Positions 25,170 to 39,606 of a stretch of 64,000 nucleotides of DNA are shown here, piece by piece; the stretch's first letter is position 1, and each line of letters starts with the position of its first letter. The DNA is from Adineta vaga (taxonomy: Eukaryota > Animalia > Rotifera): positions 4,464,001-4,528,000 of the forward strand of contig CP075496.1 in assembly GCA_021613535.1 (NCBI GenBank), written 5' to 3'. The position numbers and the translations under genes are program-made. A model generated the notes under the pieces. It made no database searches and was not told the DNA's origin. It saw only the letters and a list, made by a program, of their open reading frames with translations.

Positions 25170-27588
25170 ATGACGTCTACATCGTTTATGATGATCATTC
25201 TTGTGATCGTTCTATCCTATTCCTGGTGTACTACTCCAGTAGTAGCTACCAATTTAAATCCAGCGAATATAAATGGACTAAAAGCTCAATTTGAAACAGC
25301 AATGAAATCATTTTCTGATGTAGCATCCATGCATTATACTTTGGCTGGTATTAAGGAACTCGGTGTTCAACCTTCTGATTCACACTGTAATGATATCAAA
25401 AGATTAGTTGATAAATCCGATGTTGAATCCATTTATCACGCCAGTGAAGCAGCTCGAGCATTAACCAATTGCAAAGTAGATTTTTTGATAAAATCAATCT
25501 TTTTTTACTTCAATCTTTACTTTGTATTTAGTTACCAGCCGAAGAATATCGTGCCCTTTTGACTTCAACTCTTCAATCAGACAAAAGTACAACAGCAGAC
25601 ATTTATTATGCCGTTCGTGCAAGTGTAAATCTTGGTTTAAATATTGATGAATCTAAAGTTGAAAAACGTCTCAATGCTTTGGCCAAAACTGATGATAGTA
25701 TCCTAAGTCAAGGTTATGCATTATTAACAGGAGCCCAATTAAGTCAACCCGTTGCTAAATTTTATTCGGATGCTATCAATGATCTTGTTCAACAAGCTGA
25801 TGAAGTTGATGGACGTACATTACAATATGAAGGTGGTGTTGGTACAACAGCACTTTTACTTAATGCATTTTATGAAGTCGCAGACAAAGCAGGTGTACCC
25901 GTAAAAATTGATCCCAAACAATTAGTCAAATTTGCATCATACTTCTCTACGAAACGACATGTTGCAACTTTACGTAGTGCTTATTATTTAACTAAAGTAT
26001 TCAAATATTTCTCCGATCATAAGGTAAACAAAACGAATATATGTGAAAAAAACCCACAACTTGTATTTCTTTTGACTTTAGAACGCCATACCTGTTGTTG
26101 TTAGTCGTGTTAGTCCATCAGCCATCAATTCTCAAAATCCATCAGTACTTGTTTCAGTTTCCAATGTTATGGGTCAACCCGTCGGTGAAATTTCGGTTGT
26201 TGCTGAATCAGCTAAACGTAAAGAAGATGGTGCCGTTGTTATTTCCAAACAAAAACTCATCTCTAAAGCTAGTGATTTGTAAGTAGATTGAATGAAAACA
26301 AGCAGCAAGAGTTACGTTTTCTTTAATTTAGTTCGGTTTTTGAATTACCTTTCTATGATGCTAAAATTCCCCGTGGATTCTATACCATTCATTTAACATT
26401 AACAGCACGCGGTGATGACAAACTCATTGGTTTAACTGATAATACCGTTCGTATTTGAAAAAAGGTTTTGTTTTTGTGTATATCAATATGTATTTTTAGA
26501 TTGAAGTTAAAGTTACATCAGAAGCAACCATGGAAAATGTTGAATTAAGTGTTGCAGATCGTGATAGCACAGCTCAAGCTAAAACATACAAGTAACAAAT
26601 CATGCAAATTTATTTTCTAATTTTCATATAACTTATTTAGACTAACTTATCCAAATGGTTTATCCGATAAACTTGATCTTCATTCTCATCAAAAATTGAT
26701 CGCTAAATTTCAAACCAAAGATAAACGTACTGGAGAATATATTCGCGTTCAACAAGCATTCTTACGTTTTACAAATAAAAAATCCAATAAAGAAATTGTC
26801 TACTTAGCTGAAGCAACTAGCGGTTCAAATGCTCAATATAAAGTCGAAGTCGTAAGAATGCAAACATCTCTTTCTATTGTTTAGTTTTGCTCACAATATT
26901 CATTTTAATTCAATAATTAGGATTTAACAAGTAATGCCGCTGATTTTCGTCATCAATCAGGTGCATATGAATTAGCTTTAATCGTTGGTGATTCGTTATT
27001 ACAAAATGCATTTGATTGGAAAGTCAATAATAATGTTCAATTATCGTTTCATGAAGATAGTCTTCCTGATAAAAATCATCAAAGTTTATATTCACCACGA
27101 CCAGAAATTATCCATCAATTTCGTGTCGAAGAAAAACGACCACCAACCGTTGTTTCATTAGTTTTCAGTGCTTTAACTTTATTACCCTTATTAATTCTTT
27201 TAGTTTCAGTAAGATAAAAACAAAAGCGAACGATTATTTCATTGAATATTTCATTTTAGTGGCTTAAACTTGGTTTCAATCTATCTGGTTTACCATTAGG
27301 ACTTAGTCCATTAGGTTTTCATATATCTCATGGAGGTAAATATGACTAAATAATTGAAAAGTAGAAAAGAAAAATCGAATGATTTTTTTAGCGGTTTTTG
27401 CATTAATGTTTTTCTATTGGAAATATTTGGATATGTTTCAAACTATTCGTTATTTGGCATTGGTTTCAATTCCATTATTTATCTTTGGCCATCGAGTTTT
27501 AGCCACGTTAGCTGCTCGACGGTAAAATGAAATCAATGAATATTTTCTTTTATTCTAATTATTTTCTTTTAGAGAAAAAAAAGCTTAG
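25170..27588 (+). CDS. RPN2: Ribophorin II, oligosaccharyltransferase subunit
   Basis: Signal peptide, DLVQQADEVDGRTLQYEGG, VQQAFLRF, PRPEIIHQFRVEEKRPP and three C-terminal TMs ending RREKKA. Confidence 0.93.
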
Positions 27589-28118
27589 TTAATTCATCGA
27601 TATCATAATGAATAAGCAGCAAAAAACGGACGTTGAACAATTCTCTTTTTTTGTTATTGTTTTCTTTCTCTTTCTATTGTTGTTTTGCCTATGCCTAGAT
27701 CATATTTAACACACATTTGTTTTTGACTCTTATTTCCATAAGCTATGTGAAACAATTCTGCTCGTTTGTTCTTCTTCTTCTTCTTCTTTGTTGTAGTCTA
27801 GATCACTTTTTTTTCGGAAAAATCATCGACGGTGATTCTAGTGTATGAGGATAACTGAAAAGGGTTTTCGCGTTGACTTTTTATCAAGTGTTTTGTGTTC
27901 GTTTTGGAGATTTGCATAAAACCACATGATTTAACATAATTAACAAAACTTCTTTATAATTCTCTCTCAAGAAACATTAATATTATTATCAAACGAAAAC
28001 AAAAAAGAAAATTACAATCTGTTCCTGTTTTTGAAAAACATAGTTAATATAGCAAGAGTAAATAAGTTACGCGAGATTTACTAAAATAATTCAATACAAA
28101 AAGAACTCATAGTTTTTC

Positions 28119-29624
28119 TTATTGAATTCGATAAATATCGATATTGAAAAGACATCGTTGAAAATTGTAACCTTGTTCAAGACAAACTTGTTTGAATTGT
28201 TCATAACATCTGTCATTATCTTCATGTAGTATAGATAAACATAGATCTAAATTGGATAATTGTTTTTGTAAACGATTAATTAATGAATCAAATTCTTCAT
28301 TTGAATTTTCTTTTTTTATTGATCGCATTGCATAGGAAAGTATTTCAATGAAAAAATTCAAACGAATTATATCATCTGTATCAGAATTTGGTCGAAGAAG
28401 AACGTAAAATGTATTGACCGATTTATCGTATAATATAAGAAATCGTTCGTAATCATCGAAATGAAATTTTTCTAATTGAGTTTGACTTGGAAAAATCTTG
28501 TCAGGTAAATGACTTAATGAAATACCTAAGTGTGAATGGTATGGTATAGATGTTCTGAATAAAATTGGTTCTTGATTATTCACTTGTTCAATTGAGAGAG
28601 TATGTTTACCATTAGTTCGAAAATATTCCGAACAGACTAGATGAAATCGTTGATGATTAAATATATTAAATAGAATACACCTTTTGGCTTTGTAATTAGC
28701 CCAAAGATGTCCACCGGTTAATGTGAGAAATATTGGCCAAATGAAAGTAGATGGAAGCATAGAGAGAAGAACAACATTAACGAAGAGAGCGAGTAGACTA
28801 ACCACTAAAAATATTTACAAATCAGAGATACATAAAGATGAATATATATTATGTATTGCTTTACTTGTTTCTAAACTGGAGCATTTCGCTGTTATATCAG
28901 CCACATTATTATTTCGAGCTTGATGCTAAAAGATACAATTCAAACTTATTCAAATGAATATATGAACGAATATATTTCGATCTTACTTGAAATATCACTG
29001 TTCTTGTCGATCCATGTATCACTCCAGTTATTGCTCGACATATATTCGAAAGACTTGAAATAATCAACAATGCTGATTGAAAATAAGGTGTAATTAAATC
29101 CAATATACATGCAACATCATTGAGAATATCACCTAAGAAATGCCATCTTTTACAATTCGCATCAAATGATGCAGCAAAACCCCAAGCAAATATAATTCGA
29201 CCGATCATTCCAGCTCCATCTTTAAGTAACCAAACAATTGATGCAGCTAAATAGTTCGATGCATTTTGTCCAACACCCATACCACGAAAGAGTGCACTGA
29301 ATGCTAATGCACCAGATATTGCAATACATCCTGTTTGAAGGATATTATAAAACTGAAATATACCATAATCCGAACTAACACCTGCATAAAAGAAACAGAA
29401 ATTCTTATTATTATTTCATTTGATTCAAGTATACTTATACCTAATGGATAATTGTCTGGATAGAAGAAGGCTCGAAAAAGAGATGTCAACGAAGTATTTG
29501 ATTTGTTTTTCATTGTTGATAAATGCATAGATTTTTGTTCATGATTCAATCGATAAGTATTCATTTTTTCTCCACATTCATATTCTTGAATGAAGAGTTC
29601 ATTTTTATTTTCAACCTCTGCCAT
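28119..29624 (-). CDS. RUSF1: RUS1 family / DUF647 protein (C16orf58-like)
   Basis: FYPDNYP, WLLKDGAGMIGRIIFA, DANCKRWHFLGDILND, HLWANYKA, FNHQRF. Confidence 0.88.
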
Positions 29625-29698
29625 CTACAAAAAAAACTAAATACTTCTTGTCAACGATAGCATGAAAGCGAAGAGAAAAACATCGTTCTTTTATATGT

Positions 29699-30450
29699 TT
29701 AATAAATAATCGGTTTTTCAGGAAAACCAAGAATAAATTGAGGATCAGGACATTTATGAAGCATCATTGGTGCATCGATTTTCGATGCAACACCTGGATA
29801 GTCACCTTTCATATTATCCATATCCGATATAATTTGAAAATGTAAATGTGGACTCCATCCACCATTTTCTGATTTGTCCCCAATATATGCTAATAATTCA
29901 CCAGGTTCAAAAGTTTGTCCAATAGTTAGATTATTCAAACTAATGGAATTCAAATGACCATAAAGTGTATAAAAATGAACATTTTCATCCAGATCATGTT
30001 CAAGAATGATTGTTGGTCCATAATCAAATGGTTGATTATTGTTTTGAAAACTATGGACACGTCCAAGAAGAGGCGTATATATTGGTGTATTTGCTTTTAA
30101 TGTTATATCAACACCTAAATGTATGCAACGATTAGTTTGAGAAAACGCAAGCGATTGTGCATAAATATTTCGTTCTTCCCCATATCCACCTAGCCTATAG
30201 ATTTTCATATAAACAAAAATCATTCAAAATGAAAAAGAAAAGTGATTTCAATTTACCAGATAAAATTAACATGATCAAGTGTACTGACATAAGCTTCATG
30301 ATCTGTATATTTTTGTAATTCTTTGTTATGAACACTTATGTCAAGTAAACGAGCATTTTTTGTTGTTAATGGAAAACCAAGAATCGGTGAGAATCTATTT
30401 TGATTACGTGCAAGAGCATTGATAAGACGTGTCGCTGTATCCAATTCCAT
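29699..30450 (-). CDS. Bacterial-type M23 metallopeptidase, candidate HGT gene with one intron (30256-30195)
   Basis: Zn motifs HLGVD and HLHFQ, YTLYGHL, DYGPTIILEH, ENGGWSPHLHFQ, DYPGV, CPDP; 62-nt GT-AG intron. Confidence 0.88.
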
Positions 30451-31092
30451 TGTGATCTATTTTCAAATAGAATCGAAAATGCCGATTGGTATCTATCATT
30501 TTGATTCTTTTTCATATAGAAGTGTCTATTTTTCTATAGTTCTTCAATGGCTTAGTCAGCACTCACTGAACTGCACTTTTGTGCCCACATATTGTACTAT
30601 CAATGGTAGATAGTCGTTGACGAATGATTGATACACTGGTATAGAAAAAAGAACAGATGGCAGTGAGATATTGTTTCGTTTCCTAGTAAAAAAATATCGA
30701 TAATCTTCGATTGATAAAGTTGTGAAGAAAACAGATGAATGATGGGAGATTTATTATTATTATTATTATTTTTTCGATCTCTATTTTCTAGAAAGTCTCT
30801 CTCCCATATATTATTCCATTATACAACTAATTTCAACTACCCGCTCATATTAATTTGACGCGCACAATATTTCTTGTTATTATTATGTAACTAAGTAGTA
30901 ACAATTAGTCAGTTGTTGAGTCTATTTCCCAAAAGAAAGTTTCCTCTTCTTAACATCATTTCATCATTATTCAGTCACTCTTTGGCTGATTCCAAAACTT
31001 ATCAAGAAATCAATCCAAATTCAATTGACTTTTTCATAATTCCAACAATTGATTTTTATACTTTTTCATAATATAAAAAACAAAAAACAGAA

Positions 31093-32839
31093 ATGGTTGA
31101 AGTACAAAGAATGATTTTCAATAATACACTCGATCATCATCTTGCTATAAATAAATTATCGGACATATCCTTAGGTAGTGTACATACGAAAGGTACAGAT
31201 TCAAGTGGTTATGGTTCAAATTTAAGTAAACATGGTCATAGTCGAACATGTTTAATTGTTAATTATCTTCCACAATCAGTTAAAGAACAACAATTTCGTC
31301 AGATGTTTGCAGAAATTGGTCGATTACGATATTGTCGTTTGATGTAAAGTTTCTTCTAAATTAAAAAATGTACGATTTCAATTGAATTTATCTTTTGAAT
31401 ACTGATAGGTTTGATCGTGCAACAGGATATTCATATGGCTATGGTTTTGTTGATTATTATCATGCTGAAGATGCAGCAAAAGGTAACTGATATTTTTTGA
31501 ATCTTTTGCTGTACATTGAATATCTACAGCAATTGATTCACTTAATCAATTGAAAATGGAACATAAAACAATTAAAGTATCCTATGCACGACCAAAATGT
31601 GAAGAAACACGTGGAACAAATCTTTATATACGAAACTTACCAGGTAAAATCCTTTGCCATTAAATGAAATTTTCTTTCCTAATCATTCTATAGAAAAATT
31701 TAATGAAAGCAAATTAATTGAATTATTTTCACCATTTGGTGATATAATTCAAGCACGTGTTATTCGAGATCAATCAACAGAAAGTCCACGTGGTATTGCA
31801 TTTGTTATTATGGGCACTCGATCACAAGCACAACGTGCAGGTAAACTATATAATGTCATTTGTATCAACAATATAATAGATGTATACAGACAGATTAATA
31901 AAACTCTCTCTCTCTAGCAGAAAAAGTTTCATTGTAAATCTTGAATATATATTACATTAAAATACGTACATGATTGTTTTAGTTGAATGTCTAAATGGAC
32001 AAATTGTTGATCATCAACGTCCATTACTTGTCAAATTTGCTGATGATGATAAACGTCGACGTCAATTAATGGCACGTTATTTACCACAAATTGATAATAA
32101 TCTATCAACTTCGACAAGTCTTCGTGATCCATCGGATGTTCTTTCTGCACAAATGGCTCAATTAAATTTAATGACTAATGGAACAAATACAACAGATCCT
32201 CAACAACAAGGGCAAGATATGAATTTACTTATGAATACTTTATTGATGATGCCATTCTGGTCGAATATGTGTGCATCAAATATGCCTGTTTTGTATCCTA
32301 ATACGACAACAACATCACAAAATAAAAATACTGAACGAATACTTGATGCATTAGCAGCAACTAGTGGAGCGTAAGTTTTGTTTATTGAGGTTTTCGTGTC
32401 GGATAGTTCGATCTGATGTTAATAGATCAAATTCTTCATTAACTTCAAGTGAATCATTGAATAATCGTGCAGGACAACCATCAAGTGTTGATTCAAACAA
32501 TTCATCTTCAGTTCCATCGAATATTATTGATGCTTCTACTGGTGGTTTTGTTGTTTTCATTTATGGAATTGGACCTGAAGCAACTCAAGAAGAAGTATTA
32601 AATATTTTTCAAGGTTTTGGACCTATACTTCGTACAGATGTCATTAAAAATAAACGAACAACAGTTGGAAAAGGTTTGTTCTCCTATTGAAAACTATGTT
32701 CATCTTATGATAAAGTAAAGCTCTATTAGGTTATGGGTTTGTCGTCTTTCGATATATGAATGATGCATTAGCATCAATTAAAGCATTACATAATATGCCA
32801 TATAAAGGTCGTTATTTGCAAGTACGATTTCGTGTATGA
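31093..32839 (+). CDS. ELAV/Hu/Sex-lethal-like three-RRM RNA-binding protein
   Basis: RRM1 LIVNYLPQ/SYGYGFVDY, IKVSYARP; RRM2 TNLYIRNLP/RGIAFV; hinge; RRM3 VFIYGIG/KGYGFV, ending LQVRFRV. Confidence 0.88.
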
Positions 32840-33543
32840 AAATCAAACTACAATCAGCCGATGATATCTTATGTTTATATTCACCAACAATATAAAATCT
32901 CAAATGAATAACACAAAATGGATAAGATTTATTCATAAATATGAAATGATTATATCTATATGTTCGAGTACACTTCTGTTTGTCGTGATTCAGTTCGTGT
33001 GCATTATTTTGATTTTGATATTATTAGAAATAGTATAATAAATATATATTTTATCGGTTTGGATTATCCGATCGAACGATGACTCCTTCTTTTCTTTCGA
33101 TAAAGTGATTAAGATGAAATTGACCTATTAATGATTATGCAAAATGTTATCGATTAGATGTGATGGTATGCGTAACAGATATAAGATTAAAATCTGTTAA
33201 CTCCTGACATTTTTTATTTTTAAATAGTGAAAAAACATACTCGGTAGATATATAGCGATATCTTTTGAAAGTATTTCTTATTAGATATATGTTTATCGTT
33301 AAAATGATATACACTACAATACAATACAATACACAGAAAGAAATAATTGTACTATATATACATACAAGTACCTTAGAGTATACAATTATATGAGCAGAAC
33401 AGTTTTCTTTCTTTCTCTTTCTCTTTCCTTTATATACAAACACAAAAATAGCTTTATCATCATGACACGAACATTCATTTGTTGATAAATACTGTAATTA
33501 TACGTTTATTTATATTCGAATTAAGAAATCTTCTTTTTTAAAA

Positions 33544-36482
33544 ATGCCTACATCATCAGATCCTGAACATGAACGTTTACGTGAAGATGAAGCTCGAACA
33601 GCAAATTGGAAACGTTGGGGACCCTATCTATCCGAACGACAATGGGGTACTGTTCGAGAGGTAAAATACTTCGTTTTTTTACATTGTATTTGTATCGATT
33701 TCTGGTATGAATTAGGATTATTCGGATACGGGTTCATGTTGGGATTATTTTTCTCATGATCAATCTCGATCACGTGCTTACCGATGGGGTGAAGATGGTC
33801 TTCTAGGTTTTACTGATCGTGAATGTCGTCTATGTTTTGCATTATCACTATGGAATGGAAAAGATCCAATACTTAAAGAAAGATTGTATGGTTTAACTGG
33901 ACCTGGTTTGTAATTTTTGAATATTTAACAAAGAAAAACTTAATTTTGTTTTAGAGGGAAATCATGGTGAAGATGTAAAAGAACTTTATTATTATCTTGA
34001 TTCAACACCGACACATTCCTATGTTAAAAGTCTTTATAAATATCCTCAAAATGAATATCCTTATCAAGAATTAATCGAAGAAAATCGTCGTCGTTCAAAG
34101 CAAGAACGTGAATATGAACTTCTCGATACAAAACTATTTGATAACAATGAATATTTCGATGTATTTGCTGAATATGCAAAAAATTCTCCTGATGACATTG
34201 TTATTCGAATTCAAATTGAAAATCGTTCAACAGAAGATGCACCATTACATCTTATTCCTACATTATTTTTTCGTAATACATGGTCATGGGGCTGCAAACA
34301 TGAAGGTTGTACAATGCGTCCAAAGATCGAACAGAAAGAAGGAGAAAATTTCCTACGTACTAAACATGATACTCTGGAATCCTTTGCATTTGATATTAAT
34401 CCTGATGAACATGGCCAGATGCCTGAAGTACTTTTTACTGAAAATGAAACGAATTCTAAACGTTTATATCAACAAGATAATCGTACACCGTATGTGAAAG
34501 ATGCATTTCATGAATATGTTATAAACAAACAGAAAGATTTAGTTAATCCTAAACATAGAGGAACAAAAGTTGGATTATATTATCGTTTGAATATCAAAGC
34601 TAAATCATCAGCTACAATACGTCTTCGATTGTATCGTTTAGTAGAAGATGGAAAAGTTCCGACTAAATTGGATTTTAAAGAGATTGATCAAATTTTCGAA
34701 AAACGGATCCATGAAGCAGAAGAATTCTATTCAACGATTATGCATTCGCAATTGAATACCGATGAGAGAAATATTGTTCGACAAGCTTATGCTGGTCTTT
34801 TACATACAAAACAATTTTATCATTATATAGTTGAAGATTGGATTGAAGGTGATCCAGATGTTATGAAACCATCTGAAACTCGAAAGGAAAATGTTCGAAA
34901 TAAAGACTGGCCACATTTGTAAGTGGACAATTTTCTCTTATTTTATGACATAGTCTATTTTTGTTTTCTCAATTAGATACTGTCGAGATATTTTATCCAT
35001 GCCCGATAAATGGGAATATCCATGGTTTGCTAGTTGGGATTTAGCATTTCATGTAATTCCATTTGCTCATATCGATCCTCATTTTGCTAAAACTCAAATA
35101 CGATTACTTTTACGTGAATGGTATATGCATCCAAATGGACAAATTCCTGCCTATGAATTTAATTTTAGTGATGTTAATCCACCTGTAGGCGCTTGGGCAG
35201 CTTGGCGAATCTATAAAATGTCAACAGATAAAGAAGTAGAACGTGATCGATCGTTTCTTGAAAGTGTATTTCTTAAATTTCTCACGAATTTTACTTGGTG
35301 GGTTAATCGAAAAGATCCCGAAAATCAAAATTTATTTGCTGGAGGCTTTCTTGGTCTCGATAATATTGGTGTATTTGATCGTTCAGCTAAATTACCAGAC
35401 GGTGGAACAATGCATCAATCGGATGGAACAGCATGGATGTGTTTTTATTGTTTATCTATGTTTGCTATTGCGATTGAATTAGCTGGTGGTGTCAATGGAG
35501 AACCAGTAGTTGAAGCATATGAAGATATGGCATCAAAATTTTTTGAACATTTTGTACAAATTGTTGATGCTATGAATGTTCATGGTGGAACAGGCTTATG
35601 GGATGAAGAAGATGGTTTTTATTATGATCAAGTTAAATGTGGCAAAACCCAGAAGATGACAGTATTAAAAAGTAAACATACGAAATTTGCTATCCAAATT
35701 TTATAATGTTTTATTTCCTTCTAGCACGTTCATTAGTTGGTGTTTTACCATTGATTGCTGTATCGGTTCTTGAAGTCGAGCGCATTAAAAATTTACCAGG
35801 TTTTCAACGACGATTTCAATGGTTCTTAAAATATAAACCTGAACTTCGGCAACATATTAAAGAACATGAATCTACAAAAAATGATGGCAGTGATGCATAT
35901 CTTCTTGCTATACCATCCGAAGATCGTCTTCGTCGTATGCTTACTTATATACTTGATGAAGAAGAATTTCTTTCCGAATATGGTCTACGTTCATTATCTA
36001 AATATCATGAAAAACATCCATATGTATTCGATCCTAATGGTGAACATGAACAATGTGTTAGCTATTCACCAGCCGAATCAAAAACTGGCATGTTTGGTGG
36101 TAATTCAAATTGGCGAGGACCAATTTGGTTATGTATTAATTATTTAGTTATTGAAGCACTTGAACGTTATCATCGATCCTATGGCGATGATTGGAAAATT
36201 GAATGTCCAACTGGTAGTGGTAAAATGATGCATTTACGTGAAGTATCTGAAGAACTTGCAAAACGTTTGACAAAAATCTTTATGATGGATGATTCGGGTA
36301 AACGACCAGTAAATGGAGATGAAGCAATCTATACAACAGATCCACATTTTCGTGATCTAGTACTTTTCTATGAATATTTTCATGGTGATACTGGACGTGG
36401 AATAGGTGCGAGTCATCAAACAGGTTGGACAGCATTAATTATTCAACATATTGAAGATATTGCTAAATTACGAAAGAATTAA
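33544..36482 (+). CDS. GH63-like glycoside hydrolase (MGH1 / yeast YMR196W-like), candidate HGT gene with 4 introns
   Basis: [91 protein letters not shown]. Introns 33661-33715, 33906-33954, 34919-34976, 35672-35724. Confidence 0.9.
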
Positions 36483-36786
36483 AAAAAAGAAAACATTTCG
36501 CTAGTTTTAGATTTTACACTCTCTTTTTAATAATAAACCAGCATGTTTTGTTTTCATTTCTATAAAAAAATCTGATCTCATTGATATCATTACATTTTTC
36601 TCTGAAAGCAAAGGAAAGTAGAAGATTCATCAAATATTTTCAAACATATTACATAACTATTAATAAAAATATATTTATTTAAAATAATATCACAAAATTC
36701 TTGATTTTCGTTTTTTGATCAAGTGCATTCTATACCAAACTAATTCATTAAATTGAAAGTCGTTCATTAAAGAAGAAAAACTATTA

Positions 36787-38659
36787 TTATGCAGTAATTT
36801 TATGAATAGTAATGGATGTATCATATCGTACACCAAGCCAACCTTCCGATACCGTTAAATTGATTGGTGAATCACGTCGATTTTGTACTTGCATAAATCG
36901 ACATTCACCTTCGACTTGACCATCTGTATCAATCATAATTAAATGACCTGTTATATATTCAATAAGAATAAAAACTTGTAATTTATCAGACCAATCAATT
37001 CTTGGTGTATATGATAAATCACTATGCCAACAATCATTCAATACTAATTGTTTTGTGCATGACCAATCTTTTCCATTGTTAGTTAAACTAAATACACAAA
37101 CACCAACTTCATGGCGTCTTTCCAAACGATATCCAATTGTAACATGTGTATTATTAGAAACGGTAATATCACTAATTTCACCAGCTAATGCTCCAGCTCC
37201 TCGATTCACTTTAGCTGGAAGAATATCACGTAATGTTTTACATACAAGCTCTTCTTTATTCGAATTCATTATAATAATCTCATCGCCATTACAACTAGCA
37301 CTACCATGAATGGATGTTAAATAAATAAATTTTTCACAACATGATACTCGTTTCATTGTACGGCCAACAAATGGATGAAATTCTTCGAGTATATTTGTAT
37401 CAGCTTTATATAAACGTAAACGTGCACGATTAAGAATTAAATAACCTGAAAGTTCATTTGAATAAACAATGTCTTGTATCCATTTATCATCAGCAGCGTC
37501 AATAGGTTCAAGTGGAGCATGCCAATCGATACTTTTCTTCTCTCTTAGATTTGTCACATCACTAATAAAAACTAAAGCAGAACTTCGAGTAGTTTTATCA
37601 TAAGCATTGTAAATTAATTGATTATCATGACAACAGATGGTACCAGCATATTTCTCAGAAGTTGTAGGAATTATTATCGCACCACTTCGTTGAATACGAC
37701 CTGTTTTACCGCAATCAAATTCATCAGAACTTGTATTTTCAGTTTCATGAACACCATTGGTTAATTCACCAGATGATTGTAAACTTGTTGCTGCGTTTAT
37801 ATTAGACATTGTCGATTCTGTCATCATTTCTCTATATGGTTCAATTTGTTCTATCGGTGTGGATGTATCGATTTTCGATACTGGTTCCTCGATTCGTGCA
37901 GTCGAATTTGTGATAGAAATTATTGGTTCTGCAACAGTTTCGGATGTTGAGAATGATGAATGACTTACAAAAGAATTTCTTGTTTCCACTCTATCCGTTG
38001 GCAAGTCGATTTGATTTGTTCTATTTGTTAATGCGATTGAAGATAGATTTGTAAGTGTTACTGATGGTTGTAATTTTGCTTGTAAAGTTGCATCTAAAAT
38101 CGCATCATTATAATCAGTTGTACTTGGATTTTGAATATCTACTACGTATTTTTCAATTTGATCCTTCAATTCAATAAGATTATTTAAACTATCATGACCA
38201 ATCTTATGTAAGTCATTGGATAATTGACCATATATTTCTTGATATCTTGAAATATCTGATGGTATATTATCTTGTCTTTCAGAATTACTGAGAGCTTGTT
38301 CGGCGATATCATTGATATCTTGAAGACGTTTTTGTTTCTAAAGAAAAATAAATCAATATTACAATTCACAAAAAAGAATTAATACAAACCCAATTATTTA
38401 TAACTGTTCGTAGACTACCAAATTGATTATTTTCTTTTCCCCGTAAACTATTCATTTTTGTTAAGTTTTCTCCCACTTGTTGATAGTGTTTGTTAAATTC
38501 ATGTCCAATTTGTTCGATATGACGTTGAATACACTTGAAATCAAATTTCTCACCACAAATGCATACGATATCATACGGTTGACTTTCACAATTCGCGCAA
38601 AGTTCTCTTAAATTTTGTTTAGATGACGACAAGGACATTAATGTAGTTGTTGCTGTCAT
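36787..38659 (-). CDS. Uncharacterised protein: Cys/His zinc motif, coiled coil, low-complexity linker, beta-rich C-terminus (TRIM-NHL-like layout)
   Basis: CANC..C.C...C..H N-terminus; three exons; the long last exon has short beta-strand-like segments. The family call is inference. Confidence 0.6.
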
Positions 38660-39606
38660 GTATCAATCTGTAAGAGAAAAGAATTCATTGAAGATTTCAA
38701 AATATTGTCCGTTATGAAATTGTATGTGTTCTACGAAATCAACAAGAAAGAAATGCGTAAGATAAAACATATAACACACAATAAGTAAATAGTCGTCTTT
38801 TTTTCTTTCATCAAGTGTCGATGTTTAGTTGGAAAAAAGGAAAAAAAATTCTGCGTACGTTGCTCATGTAAATTATTTTAAGTAATGTCGTTCTGTTACT
38901 ACTTTCTCTATTGGAAAAAAAAACAGATTAACTAATTCAATATGCTAAGAAAATATATCAAAATCAGATAAAATTGTTTGACTTCTTCTTCTACGATAGT
39001 TTATGAAAAGAAAAGCTTGATATTACGATAGATTATATCATCGAGAAACAGTCACAACAGATGTTGGTTGACACAAAGACCTGTACACTTTGTTTGTCTT
39101 GCATTGTATTTACGAGACACAGTCACGTTTTTTTTCTTATTTTTACTTGGAAAAAACCAAAATATTTTTTCGCCGACGATCAATGACAATCCACAATCTC
39201 AAAAACATCTGCAAATGTTTTTATTATTTCACATTCCGTACATTTAAAAGATACTTCCTACAAAACGAAATGAAAAATCATTGTAGGAATTAGTTATAAA
39301 TAAAAATTGATCTACTTTTCATTTTGAATGTTCATTAATTTATCTAATATATATATATATATGTATATATATAGAATCTTTTATCGTTGTTACTATTTCT
39401 TTTTAAAGCTACAAAAAAAGAGGTTTACACCGAGAAAAGATTTGAACAAAAAAATGTGAAATCATTTGATGAAAGAATTGGAAAAGAAAAGTATAAACCA
39501 TGATTAAACTCTTTTCTTCCATCAAGCATTATCATTCCGGTTTTTTTAAAATAAATAAATCGAAGATAAAGAAAAACCAATGTTAAATTATCTCTGATAA
39601 TCTTTT

